Source: Felis catus (lineage: Eukaryota). From it: 64,000 nucleotides of DNA. Location: assembly GCF_018350175.1 (NCBI RefSeq), contig NC_058368.1, forward strand, positions 208,384,001 through 208,448,000, read 5' to 3'. Shown piece by piece: positions 62,662 through 64,000 of this stretch. The notes below the pieces were generated by a model. The model ran no database searches. It was not told where the DNA came from and worked only from the letters and a program-made list of their open reading frames with translations. A program made the translations under genes and the position numbers. Position 1 is the first letter of the stretch, and each line of letters starts with the position of its first letter.

Positions 62662-62838
62662 AGGGGTGTCCTTTAGCAGTTAATAAGCAGTCCCTATTTC
62701 AGAGGCAGCTGCTGTAAGCACTGCAGCTATCTTTATCCCTGATCCATACCAGAGGTTTTGCTAAGTAGCAAAATGTATATTAGCAATGGTTTTTCATTGT
62801 CAAAAAGAGCAGTGCTTAATATATGTGGATTTGCTGGT

Positions 62839-63058
62839 GCAGTGGTCAGAAAACCTGTTTTGTAAAGGGTCATATGGTCAATTATTTTTGGCTTTGCAGG
62901 TAAACGGCCTCTGCCACAATCACTCAACTCTGACATTATAGCACAAAATCAGCCATAGACAATATGTAAATGAATTCTCATGACTGTGTTCCAATAAAAC
63001 TTTATTTATAGGCACAGACCAGATTTGGCCTGTACACCATAGTTTTGTCAACAGCCAA
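62839..63058 (-). mobile_element. MER58A-like MITE
   Basis: tgtaaagggtca.atggt.aat.ttttt ggctttgcagg...cagccatagacaatatgtaaatgaat...tgtgttccaataaaactttattta. Confidence 0.85.
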
Positions 63059-63164
63059 GCTAGAATAGTGTAGAAACACTGTCCTTGAGTGGGGAGAGTT
63101 TAAGAATAAAAATCTTTTCAGATATTAAAATGTTTCCCCAAGTTGAGTTCTACAATAGTCCTAA

Positions 63165-63374
63165 GGGGCGCCTGAGTGGCTCAATCAGTTGGGTGTCGGA
63201 CTTTTGGTTTTGGCTCAGGTCATGACCTTGCGGTTCGTGAGTTTGAGCCCCACACTGGGCTCTGCACTGACAGTGTGGAACTTGCTTGGGATTCTCTCTT
63301 ACCCCTTTCTCTCTGTCCCTACCCCACGTGCACGTGCTCTCTCTCTCTCAAAATAAATGTAAAAAAATAAATGT
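63165..63374 (+). mobile_element. CanSINE
   Basis: Full SINE. TSD aatagt(c/t)ct. Confidence 0.93.
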
Positions 63375-64000
63375 AAATAGTTCTGAATCCACTGCTGTCA
63401 TGGAGGACTCTGGTTACCTGGTGGCAACTACAAGGTTAACTGACCCCTGCCTGTGGGATGTTACGGCGTTTGCCCCAAAGGTGCCATTTAAATGGGGAAT
63501 AACTGGAGCATTTAAAAGGGCAAAGACCTGAAGTCACTGACTGGGTTGCATGCTTTCACACCTGCTTGTCAATAACTGTATAGCAGCAAAATTCGTCAGA
63601 GTCTTGTTGTGTTACTTGTAGCATGACGCCGGGCTTGGAGATCTGTAGTCCTCACCTACCTCTGACTATGGATACACATCCAACATGGATAGCAAGAACC
63701 TGAAAACTCTATGCTGCCAAATTCGTTTCGGCCACTTCGGGGCAAAAGTAGACACCAGAAGGGAGACAGTATCACCAATTCAGGAAAAGAAGAACTGAAA
63801 TTAGAGAAAAGGCAAAGGGCGAGCAAAACAGCCCTGCTCCGTGAGGTCATAACAGCACAGCCTTCTGTGTCATGGGGAACCCAGTCCTTCGGAGTCAAAG
63901 ATGGCATTATCTCTGCAGGTCTTTGCGGCTGGAGAGACCACCCCCAGATTTAACAGCCCTTTCAACTCAGGGGAAGACAGTTCTTTGACTCCGGGCAGCA

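Noticed and set aside
479..63370. Recurrent ORFs like MAQSVKRPTSAQVMISRSVSSSP... suggesting a paralogous small-protein family
   Set aside because: All are translations of CanSINE copies.
1..64000. CRISPR array, operon or prokaryotic-type defence system
   Set aside because: This is mammalian intronic and intergenic DNA with no regularly spaced repeat-spacer array and no gene-dense region.
63640..64000. Possible exon or ORFs at the window end (minus-strand donor-like ctcacctac near 63652)
   Set aside because: No recognisable product, and the context is cut off by the window edge.

Overview
Eukaryotic, repeat-rich mammalian genomic DNA from a cat-family (felid) genome, judged from 26 carnivore tRNA-derived SINEs (CanSINE/SINEC_Fc type) and a carnivore/felid L1 3' end. 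The species cannot be fixed from the sequence. The only protein-coding sequence I can support is the first coding exon of EGFLAM (pikachurin) on the minus strand (40642->40546, 97 nt, signal peptide MDLIRGVLLRLLLLAASLGPSAVS..., phase-1 GT donor), inside a CpG island at about 40360-41810. Positions 1-40545 are therefore EGFLAM intron 1 (exon 2 is not in the window), and about 41000-64000 is upstream intergenic DNA. Other ORFs in the track look like repeat-derived or chance ORFs. I find no evidence of a new multi-gene system. The most notable observations are genome-dynamics signatures: (1) a probable L1-mediated 3' transduction at 2178-4141; (2) a roughly 92-bp templated insertion copied from about 790 bp away and flanked by a 9-bp target duplication; (3) a candidate poison exon in intron 1; (4) nested, truncated and inverted SINEs. 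Repeat family names and boundaries come from recalled consensus sequences and are approximate unless target-site duplications (TSDs) fix them.
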